Shown in pieces: positions 48,529-57,253 of a stretch of DNA of 64,000 nt. The notes below the pieces were generated by a model. That model was not told the origin of the DNA. It saw only the letters and a list, made by a program, of their open reading frames with translations, and searched no databases. Location: contig JANHCV010000009.1 of assembly GCA_025594325.1 (NCBI GenBank), positions 992,001 to 1,056,000 of the forward strand. The letters run 5' to 3'. Position 1 is the stretch's first letter. Each line of letters begins with the position of its first letter. Made by a program: the position numbers and the translations under genes. The DNA is from Blastocladiella emersonii ATCC 22665. Lineage: Eukaryota; Fungi; Blastocladiomycota.

Positions 48529-49726
48529 GGCGACGTGGTGGTGTGAGGCTGCATGGGGTCAGTGGGGGGCAAATGAACGGGCAGCGCCGAAAAGGAGGAA
48601 GCGAGATTGCGCGCGCGTCACGTGGGACGGTTGCTGGGCGCCTGCAAACGCGTCCCGCGCGTCTCGCAGCGTGTCTCCCGAGAAGGCGCGAGCGACGGCC
48701 TTCCCATCCACGCTCCCAAACGCAGAACCATGAGAGCCACTCCATGAAACTCGATTGCGTCGTGGCTCGTCGCGTGGTCCTGCACGCGGCCACTCGGCTT
48801 GTTCTGCCGCTCGCCACGGCGGCAAACACGCGTCGTCGAGCGGCCCCGCCATCGAGCGGTTCTCGCTCAAGACGTCCATAACTCCGCTGTCGCGCTCTCG
48901 CATCTCGTTCGCCAACACGATCGCATGCCCCGGCTCGACGGTCGCGCCATCCGTGACTAGGCTTCGCGCTGTGCGCCTGCTGAGGTCCATGCCACCGCCC
49001 TTGTACCCGCGATTCTCGTCCAGGACTTCCGCGTATACGACTGCGCACGCTACTCGGCGCCGCTCACGGTGCTGCGAAACCCCGTCCGACAGCACCTCGC
49101 GCACCGCCGCTCGTTCACAATCTCACTCGCGACTTGCACGCGCTGAGCGTATCCCGACTGGCCCGCGTTGCTCCGCACTATTTTGCTGGTGCATGTAGCA
49201 CTTCTCCGTTCTGCTTGTTGACTTGGACGCTGACCCGATTCGACGCGTTGAGCTCGTGCACATGGGCACGGGCGTCCTGACTTACCTGGTTGGCAACCGC
49301 CCTCTTCGCCATTGTGCAGTGCTCTCTCGAACCGTTACGCTCGTTTCCATCGTGCGCCCACTCCCGCTCATCAATGATCAGGAACGTCGGCTGGCTTGCT
49401 CACTGGCGCGAACGGCTCGTCGACTCGGAGATCATAATCTTCCGCCCGCAGCAGGCACACACCGTCTTCACCTCGAACGCTCTCGCCCTCCGCCCACTCA
49501 CTACATCCTCATCGCGTCTTGATGTACAACGGCCCCGCGTCTCGCGAGTGAGTCTCCGTGGCTCAGCGCAGCGCTTCGGCCAAGGTGTTGCGCGGCAGCA
49601 GCCTCTCGTTGCAGTAAAACGTGCGCGAGAATCACGTCGGTCGGCGCTCGCACCGTGCGTTCATCGCCTGAGTCCCGTCGCTGCCCGCCATGGTCATAGT
49701 TCGCGAAAATACTGAAGTTTTGTTCA

Positions 49727-50356
49727 TCAAAACACGGGCTTTGCCCTCCACTGCGGGTTGCAGATCACGCATACCACGTAGGGAACGTACAGCATGCCCG
49801 ACTCCTCGTCGATTCGCATCTGGGAAAGGCCCTGAAGCTGGGTCGCAAAGTCATCCACACAGGCCTTGTGGAGGTATAGGCGCGCCTCGCGCACGGCCGC
49901 GCTGAGCGGGTCGACGAGCTGCGTGGGCGTACGCGCCAGCACCTCGCCCAGCACGCGGTGCTGGTGGTACTTGTACGCCGCGCGGATCAGTATCGGCTCC
50001 TCGCCCGCGCTGCACACGTGCGGCCCGCCACCCCACTTCATCAGGCAGCCGCACTTCATGCGGAGCACGCGGAGCCAGTCCGGCCGGTCGTCGGCGTAGA
50101 CGTGGAACGGCTGCATCCTTGGGAACCGCGGCTTGATGAACTCTTGCAGCCGTTTGAGACCAGGCGCGACGTGTAGGTACGCGCGCAGGTCGCGGCCGAG
50201 ACGCCGCGGCGGGCCCGTCGGGCACTGACGCGCGTAGTTGAAGACCGAGCCCTCGGCGTCGGGTGAGAGGCGGCCAACGCATTTGCAGGGCGAGCAGCCG
50301 CGAAGTGTGGCCGCAGTGGCAAAGAGGAGGATGTCTTCCACGAGGTCGAGATTCAT
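49727..50356 (-). CDS. Lineage-specific protein with an F-box-like N-terminus
   Basis: 209-aa ORF starting MNLDLVEDILLFA. A second copy of this N-terminus (MQLDLMEDIL) lies about 180 bp upstream. Confidence 0.4.
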   Translation of the reverse strand: MNLDLVEDILLFATAATLRGCSPCKCVGRLSPDAEGSVFNYARQCPTGPPRRLGRDLRAYLHVAPGLKRLQEFIKPRFPRMQPFHVYADDRPDWLRVLRMKCGCLMKWGGGPHVCSAGEEPILIRAAYKYHQHRVLGEVLARTPTQLVDPLSAAVREARLYLHKACVDDFATQLQGLSQMRIDEESGMLYVPYVVCVICNPQWRAKPVF

Positions 50357-50669
50357 GGCGAGATTACTGCCAGCGCAGAGAGGAGTACGAGATGGGTGAG
50401 TGCATGGACCGGCAAAGTGGGTCGGGGGTCGTTGCGGCTCTCTTCGTGCCTCGGATCGACGTGCAGGGAGGCGGGTGATCGTTGATCATGATCAACGGCG
50501 GGCAAAGAATATCTTCCATGAGGTCAAGCTGCATCGAGTCGCAGGCGTTGTTTGCGACGGCCAACGCGAGGGCGAAGTAGGTGTGCACGGCGTTTGCACA
50601 GTCGTTGGGCTCCGCCTTCCTAAAGTGATGCACGGAGTGATGCATCGCGTGATCAGCATGGGGCTGACA

Positions 50670-50693
50670 TCACATGATATCGCGTCGCGTCTC
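50670..50693 (+). repeat. Island motif copy: TCACATG-ATATCGCG-TCGCGTCTC
   Basis: One mismatch to the consensus, preceded by TGATCAG. Inverted partner of the 52225 copy. Confidence 0.75.
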
Positions 50694-51037
50694 CTTCGTG
50701 TCTCACGCGGTGACAAGTTCAGGTGTCGCATTCGTTATGCGTAAACGCGGGCTCGAACAAGTGCACAATCAGGCTCACACTCTTCAGGGCCGAAGGATAA
50801 TTACTTGCCTCCGGACTGGAAAGACTAACCTGCGCTTCCCGCATCAAATCAAACTTCCCACTGTTTGCATGAGTATTTTCGAGTTGATCTTTTATAAAAG
50901 GAAAGGGGAAAGTACAAGGATGGAAATTCTCTTGGGAGATGACAACAAATTTCAACATAACGCGGGCCGGAGGAACAAATGTGGTGCCACGAGTCAAGGA
51001 ATTGTTTGGCAGTTTACTTGGCTGCCGAGGCAGACGA

Positions 51038-52040
51038 CTAAGCAGCGGGCTTGATCGAGATCGCGTTGATGCGGGTGCTGATCGCGTCCACGATCTTAGG
51101 CTTCAGCGCCGTCATGAGCTTCGGGCACTCGAGCATTTCTGCAAGGTCGAGGCAATTGACAAGAACGTCATAGTGATAAAGTTCAGCGAGCTTGACCTCG
51201 AGCTTGGCGAATGCTGCTGTAATCGGCTTGGGTGCAGCGTCAGGACCAGGGACCCAGCCCGTGTACAGGTTGACGATCGCAAGCGCGAAAGCGGCACGTT
51301 GCCAAGCGGGCAGCGCGATGGGCTCCTTGGCAGCTGCCGAATCCGCCCAGTCGCCTCCAAACATCGAGGCAAAGAAAGGCGAGCGTGAAGAGAGAATAGC
51401 AAGCGAAGCAGCGATCGGTGTGGAGGTGGATGCTCCTGGAAGGAGGCTTACATCACAAATTGCAGGATTTCCAAGCGATGATAGAAGCGTGTCATCCGCA
51501 GCTGAAATAGGGGCGGTGAGCAGGTCGGTTTGACTAAACTTAATCTTGATCTCGACACGACAACCGTAGCGCTCGTACGACCACCAGGAGATCGGTGCAA
51601 CATAGAAAACAACTCCCTGCTCTTTACGAATTAAGCAGGACATGGCTGTAAGCTTTTCAGGATTCGACATGTGCATAATTTGGGCACTGCAAATCAAGTC
51701 GACTGGCAATTGGGTGCCGTTGAATGGCTGGAGCATCACGCTCATCTCCCACACGCTTGATGCAAACGATGGCCGGAAGCCGATTATAAAGCTTCCCCCG
51801 CCAAACTTGGGGTGGAAATCGGTTTGTTTGGTTTTAAAGCCGTGTTCGGTTGCATCACTTGAAACGCAGAGGTCCTCGTACGTGTAGCTGACTGATTTGG
51901 CATCCTCCTCGATCTTAGCTTGCTGGGCAAGCACCTGATTTACGTGAGCGTCAGCGAGGTTTTGGTTACATGAGCTTCTGCCAACTTGCATACTATAATT
52001 TTTGTCATTGCTGAGACGCCTCTTTTGCGTCGGTTTCATG
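51038..52040 (-). CDS. MATH-like + BTB/POZ protein
   Basis: LGNPAICDVSLLPG...IAASLAILSSRSPFFASMFGGDWADSAAAKEPI...NLYTGWVP, closely parallel to the 39114 protein. The N-terminal region also aligns (HGFKT...FGGGSFIIGF vs NGFRS...IGSGTFFLTF). Confidence 0.82.
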
Positions 52041-52224
52041 AAGGCGGAGGGAAAGTGGAACACGCGCTGTTTTGCCCCTTTATCTATCCGAGAGCAGACA
52101 TGGAAGCAAACTGGACAGTACCTCGACCTCAGGCTGACAAGCTCGTTTGTACGCTCAACCGCGGAACGTGATAGATTTTTCAGAATTCGCGTGTTCATGT
52201 GTCTCGCGCTGACCACGTGGGCGT

Positions 52225-52248
52225 GAGACGCGTTTCGATATCACGTGA
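52225..52248 (-). repeat. Island motif copy (inverted): TCACGTG-ATATCGAA-ACGCGTCTC
   Basis: Exact consensus match, 23 of 24 identical to the 16242 copy. Confidence 0.88.
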
Positions 52249-52360
52249 ACTGCGTCTCTTGGCATCGAAGAGCTCAAACGTTTGCCAAGCGACAAATAAT
52301 AAGGTTCAAGCACTTAAGGAGGTTAATACAGTGATTGCAACACAGCGGAACAAAGCATGG

Positions 52361-52639
52361 CTACCTCAGCCGCGGACACGCTGGATGCGGCTCTCCTGAC
52401 ACCAAGCGCGTCACCAGCTTGGACTTGAGCGCGTCCAGCCAGAGCAAGAGGTGAATGAGAACGACGACAAGGGCATGGCGGGTCCACTCGTGAAGCTTGA
52501 TGGGCGCGTTTGACTTGATGGAGTCGGTCCAGCCGCCGCGAAACATGGCAGCAAAGAAGGGCGAACGGGATAAGAGAATTGCGCGCGAAGCGTGGAAGGG
52601 CGAAGTCGAGTCGCCCGCGAGGAACGAGACGTCGCACAC
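52361..52639 (-). pseudogene. Truncated BTB/POZ gene fragment
   Basis: CDVSFLAGDSTSPFHASRAILLSRSPFFAAMFRGGWTDS is present, but the TGWVP segment and the N-terminal region are missing. Confidence 0.75.
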
Positions 52640-52962
52640 GGCCGGATCTTTGAGCGCGTCAAGTCAAGTCGTGCCGATGCGCGAAGGAGCGGGGATGGTG
52701 ACGGTCATGGGGGGGGGGGCGAGACGACGTGGACCGAGGCAACGATCCAATCAACCCGAAATGGGTCGCTCTCCACGTTTTGGAAGCGCGGATCAACCGC
52801 CTGCAACCACACAATGGCTCACATCATAGCAGCCCCTGCAAAAGAACCAAGGTGGGTTTTTTTGTGCGTGGAGAGCGCTTTGCACAGGCTCAGCAGTGAC
52901 CCCGCATCTCCTGTCGGAGTGAGCGACCGCTTCCTGACTGGCTCAATGATGTCTCGCACGTG

Positions 52963-52986
52963 TCACGTGATTGTTTGACGCGTCTC
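52963..52986 (+). repeat. Island motif copy: TCACGTG-ATTGTTTG-ACGCGTCTC
   Basis: Exact consensus match. The upstream GTCTCGCACxxG is shared with the 16242 copy. Confidence 0.85.
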
Positions 52987-53311
52987 CGTCGTCTGGGCCG
53001 TCCTTCGCACGAAGCTCGCACGTTAAGGTAGATACGTGATGAGAGAAACGAAAAAGATATTTAGAGCGGCAGCGAAAACCCCTTTTCCAAAAATGCGTTC
53101 TGCGCGCATGCATGCATTGAGCGGCCATGGATTCAGCCTTGTGGCAACCACCGACTTGGCCGCGGCCCTCGCCTCTCCCGAATCCATCTCGCGCCCCATA
53201 CTGCGTGTCCCATTCATTACCACCGCAGTAATTCCACACGACCTTTGGGACCAGCGTCCGTCCGCAAACTATTCGTAGTGGAAACAGTAAACTGTTCAAC
53301 GTTCTGCATCC

Positions 53312-54043
53312 ATGGCAACCACCAGGACTCCGACTCCTCTACAAGTTCATAACAGTGCACAGCCAGTCCGAAAAGTTCGGGACACGCATAATCAGCAGAA
53401 GACCAGCTTCCATCCCGGATGCGAGGTTCTGGTGAAACGCTCCAACCTCGTTCGCATCACTTCGCTCGCTCACAAGCTTTTCAAGTGCGTCGATATCGAC
53501 ATCCGGATTCCTGCGTCGCGAACCGCCTACTCGAACGCGGAATTCGTCAAGGTCACCAACTCGCTTGAGAAAATGCTCACGGCTTTGTTGGCCCTGCGCT
53601 TCTGGGCTCCCATTGGTCCACTCACGGCCTCGGGTCCATCAGCGTCTGGCAAGCTGGTCACGGAGGACGACGAGACGGACGATGACGAAACCGAAGCCCA
53701 GGAGGAAGATGAGCCCGAAGCTAATGAGGAGATGGGGATCAGCCCAATTGAGCGCTACCTTTCGAAGTTGGACGCAATCCAAAGACGGATAACCGAGTAC
53801 GAGGTCAAGCGCATCCGTGCCATCACAGCTTCGCCCTGGGTAATGCGCACTTTTGGCATTGTCTTGCCAGCCACTCCTGTCCAACACACTCGCACCCAGA
53901 AACCTTTCCAGACCAAGACCCCCATACCCATTTTTTCGAGACAAATCTCGACGATACCGGTGCAATACATATATTATATACGATACCACACGACACGCTG
54001 CAATCCTGTGGCTAGCTACAAACTCGAGCTCAGCGACAGTTGA
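53312..54043 (+). CDS. Orphan family member 3, with an acidic tract
   Basis: Signature HNSAQPVRKVRDTHNQQKTSFHPGCEVLVKRSNLVRITSLAHKL. The unspliced ORF's stop codon falls inside the MITE TIR. Confidence 0.6.
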   Translation: MATTRTPTPLQVHNSAQPVRKVRDTHNQQKTSFHPGCEVLVKRSNLVRITSLAHKLFKCVDIDIRIPASRTAYSNAEFVKVTNSLEKMLTALLALRFWAPIGPLTASGPSASGKLVTEDDETDDDETEAQEEDEPEANEEMGISPIERYLSKLDAIQRRITEYEVKRIRAITASPWVMRTFGIVLPATPVQHTRTQKPFQTKTPIPIFSRQISTIPVQYIYYIRYHTTRCNPVASYKLELSDS

Positions 54044-54352
54044 AGTGGAGAGAGAGTGGATTAAAACGGGTGTGCCATGACACGGGTGTTATGCTCCAAC
54101 TCTCCCCCCCACTCGAGCTCCGAAACTTCTACGGAGAAGAATCACCACGGAACACGAGCGGCAACAAACGACTCCCAAACCTCTATGGAGAGGAATGACG
54201 ATGGAGGGCGCGCGGGAACGACGAATGGAAATGATAGTGCGCACAAGAGGAATCGATCTCAGGGCTCATAACCAGTTGAAGTGGAGAGAGAGTGGATTAA
54301 AACCCGTGTCATGGCACACCCGTTTTAATCCACCCTCTCTCCACTTCAACTG
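54037..54352. mobile_element. MITE-like element: 316 bp, 50-bp terminal inverted repeats, 3-bp CGA target-site duplication
   Basis: The left TIR CAGTTGAAGTGGAGAGAGAGTGGATTAAAACGGGTGTGCCATGACACGGG (54037-54086) matches the reverse complement of 54303-54352 at 49 of 50 positions. CGA flanks both ends (54034-54036 and 54353-54355). Confidence 0.88.
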
Positions 54353-54459
54353 CGACACTGCCGTCACTTGGTTTGCGCACACTAACGATGCGTAATTCGA
54401 GCATCCGTGAATACGGCATAACCCTGTGATTGCTGACGATCATGCGAGGGCACTAAACT

Positions 54460-54507
54460 GATCACGCGTCAGATCACGCGTCAGATCACGCGTCAGATCA
54501 CGCGTCA
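54460..54507. repeat. (GATCACGCGTCA)4 12-bp tandem array
   Basis: Four exact units, each containing ACGCGTC, about 50 bp before the motif at 54561. Confidence 0.92.
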
Positions 54508-54560
54508 GATCAGCGCGAGACTGCTTAAGGCTGCACTGCGAACATCAAAGGGCGAATAGC

Positions 54561-54584
54561 TCGCGTGTTTTCGCGACGCGTCTC
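54561..54584 (+). repeat. Island motif copy: TCGCGTG-TTTTCGCG-ACGCGTCTC
   Basis: One mismatch in the heptamer, with the 8-nt spacing preserved. Confidence 0.7.
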
Positions 54585-55042
54585 GCGTCAACCGGCGGCG
54601 TTGGTGTAGGGCAGTGTTTCAGCAAGCTCGATGAAACGCTGGAGACTCGCGCGACACGACGCGCGTGGCCCAGTTCCCCGGTTCAAGGCTTTACGGCTCC
54701 TCCATTCTCGTCCAACTCCCGACCGAAACAGCTACGGTTAGCGCCGAGGTACTGAAAGTGAGGCGATTCTTCGCGTGATTTCGTGGTACGACGCACTTGC
54801 CACGCATGTATCATCAGGCGGCAAAAGCCAATAGGTGGCCATCGACGCATGGAACGAGCGCGACGTGCGCTGCATTCAAGTTGAGCTCGAAAGCCGCAGC
54901 TTGTAAAGTGCTCCTGTCTCGCTCCCTCCAAATTCCACCCTTGAAATGAGTAGGCCTCGTAATGTCTCGACTAATTTTTTACCCGTAACTGCACTGGGTC
55001 CTAATACCCTTCGCCTGTGGCCTTGTAGCAGACCCGACTCTG

Positions 55043-55441
55043 GTGTCGTCGGCTTCACGCTCGCACTGGAGCGTCCCCGAAAGACCAAGTGCAGCTTCGT
55101 CAGGACCTCGAGGAACCCACGGCCTCGTGCGTCCTCCACGCTTCGTCAACTATGTCGCATCACAACGCATGGTTCGTGCCGAGCCGAAGAACCTCGCGCT
55201 AGTCAAGCAGGCCGACTTGAATCTCTTGGCCAAAGTCGCCCTACGACTTTCGAACTGCACCGAGGCCCGCCCCTACGATGCCGCAGATATACGCGTTGAT
55301 ACGCTTGCGGAGGTATCCGAGCTGATTGACATGATCTTGGAGATGCTTCCAGCGCTGCTGGCGATTCCCATACTTCGGCCCCGGATCTGTTGGATCCTGG
55401 CACCCTCCGCTGTTTGGGCCCTCGAATCGACCCAAGAGTAG
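55043..55441 (+). CDS. Orphan family member 4 (start unclear; may be a pseudogene)
   Basis: Signature HGLVRPPRFVNYVASQRMVRAEPKNLALVKQADLNLLAKVALRL. MLPALLA matches MLTALLA of member 3. No in-frame ATG was found upstream of the signature. Confidence 0.45.
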   Translation: MSSASRSHWSVPERPSAASSGPRGTHGLVRPPRFVNYVASQRMVRAEPKNLALVKQADLNLLAKVALRLSNCTEARPYDAADIRVDTLAEVSELIDMILEMLPALLAIPILRPRICWILAPSAVWALESTQE

Positions 55442-55591
55442 CCGAGGACCATCACGTACCCCCGCGCCAGCGTCCCAAGGCGCAAGGATCCCTGCGAACG
55501 AGCGGTCGATGGCTGCTGTAGCCTCAAATCCAGCAATGGTTCTCGCGTCCTGAATTCAATAGACTTCTTCATATCCCCGTGGCGAATGAGT

Positions 55592-56237
55592 TCAACGGCT
55601 CTCGAATTCCTTGAGTGCAGCGACAAGCTTGGCCTTGTGGTTGGCCAGCGTGACGAGCGCGTCGACGGCTAGCGGATTGAAGTCAGCGACCATGAATTAC
55701 GCGTGTGACACGAGCTGAGCGTACCGTTCTTGAAGTCGGACTGAGCGGACCGCAGCGACTGGTTCGGGAAAGCGCCGAACCACTTGATCGGGTCGGTCGG
55801 CGCGGGCGGCTTGGTTGCGTCCTCGTCCTCCTCGGCGGGCTCGTCCTTCTCGACGACAGCGACAGGAACCGGGGCGAGGCCGAGGTGCTGCGACTCGCCG
55901 GTGATAGACACGCTTGCAGTCGTGGTAGGAAGAAGAGGTCAGTCGCGGTGCAAGCACGCCTCGTTGCAGCGGCAGCGTGCGCACCTCGCCTTCATGCGGT
56001 AGTCGTAGGCGATCGGGCCGAGCACGGGACCCATGGCGTGGCGGGCCTGCGAGAGGTTGAAGAAGCCCTGCATTCGGCCGAGTCAGCGGCTGAGGAAGGA
56101 GAAGCGGCGGGGCGACGGCGACCCGCACCGACTGGAGCGTCTTGGCGGCGACAGCATGGGCGTCGAGTAGGGTCTCGTAGGCCGACAAGGCGCCGACGAG
56201 CCGCGTCTCGGACGATTTGCATTCAGTGCGGGTCATG
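55592..56237 (-). CDS. VMA22: V-ATPase assembly factor Vma22/CCDC115 (4 exons)
   Basis: GFFNLSQARHAMG...YDYRMKA and DPIKWFGAFPNQSLRSAQSDFK motifs. Confidence 0.9.
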
Positions 56238-56522
56238 GTAGATGCATGGGTTGCGTTCTGCGTGGGGAGCGAGGGGAGAGCGAGACGCGAGCGCGACGTG
56301 ATCGGCGTCCAGCCACAGCGCACGTGCAGCGCTGGCTTACGCGTTTTGCCGAGCAAGCACGCGTCGCTTCGTGTGCCCCGCTGAGCTGGCCGCGGCAGCG
56401 TTCCCCCTCGCCCGGCCGGCCATCGCGCATCCCCGCTCTCTCTCCTCTCCTTCCCCTTCGCTGTCAGCGTAACGGTATCACCCACGGAGCAACCGCACCA
56501 CCACGCCTACTGCACCACCACC

Positions 56523-57052
56523 ATGTCGACCAACGTCCCCACCACCTCCACCTCGGCGACCAAGCCGTTGCGCAAGCACCCGGAGCTCGCGTCGCAGTCG
56601 CACGAGCCGGCGCCGTCGCACCACGCGGGCCAGCAGCCGCACGCCGCCGTCGTCGGGTCCGTTCTCTCGCTGCGGCTCGGACTGATCACTACGCGCATCA
56701 CCGCTCACCCACGCGCACGCACGCACGCACCCTCGTAGCCACGCGAGCATGGCCGACCAGCGCCGCCAGGAGATGCGCGAGGACCTGACCGAGGAGCTCA
56801 TCAAGCACCAGTCGCACCCGCACCACAAGGCGTCGGGCCGCGCCCCGGGCGACCCCGCCTGGGCCGAGGGCGAGCACGTCGGCCTCGAGCAGGTGTCGAC
56901 GGTACGCTTCTCCCGCTGCTCGATCGCCTTTCGCGACACCGCGACTCACACTGCCCGTCGTGTAGACCCAGGTCCGCGAGGGCGAGCCGCCGATCGTCGG
57001 GCACGTCCAGGCCCTCGACGAGGCCGCCGCCGCCAGCAAGGGCCGCAAGTAA
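56523..57052 (+). CDS. Small hydrophilic protein of unknown function (3 exons)
   Basis: Host-like codon usage with GT..AG introns joining MSTNVPTT..., AMADQRRQEMREDLTEELIKH... and ...ALDEAAAASKGRK*. Confidence 0.55.
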
Positions 57053-57253
57053 GCGCCGCCGCTGCGGGTCGCCGTTCCTCGGCGCTGTCCGAGCAGAGTT
57101 TGTCAGTGTCATTGTCGTCGTAAGCAGATCAGTTTCTTCATCATTATCGCCCTGCCGTGTGCCCGCTCGGTGAGATGAGTCGATGAGCGCGAGACCCTGA
57201 ACGCGTCGCGCCGCAGCTGCTCGGCCGACGCCATCGCGACGAATGTGAATCCC

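Noticed and set aside
48750-49720. Short overlapping ORFs upstream of NUFIP1
   Set aside because: No coherent frame or family similarity that I can support.
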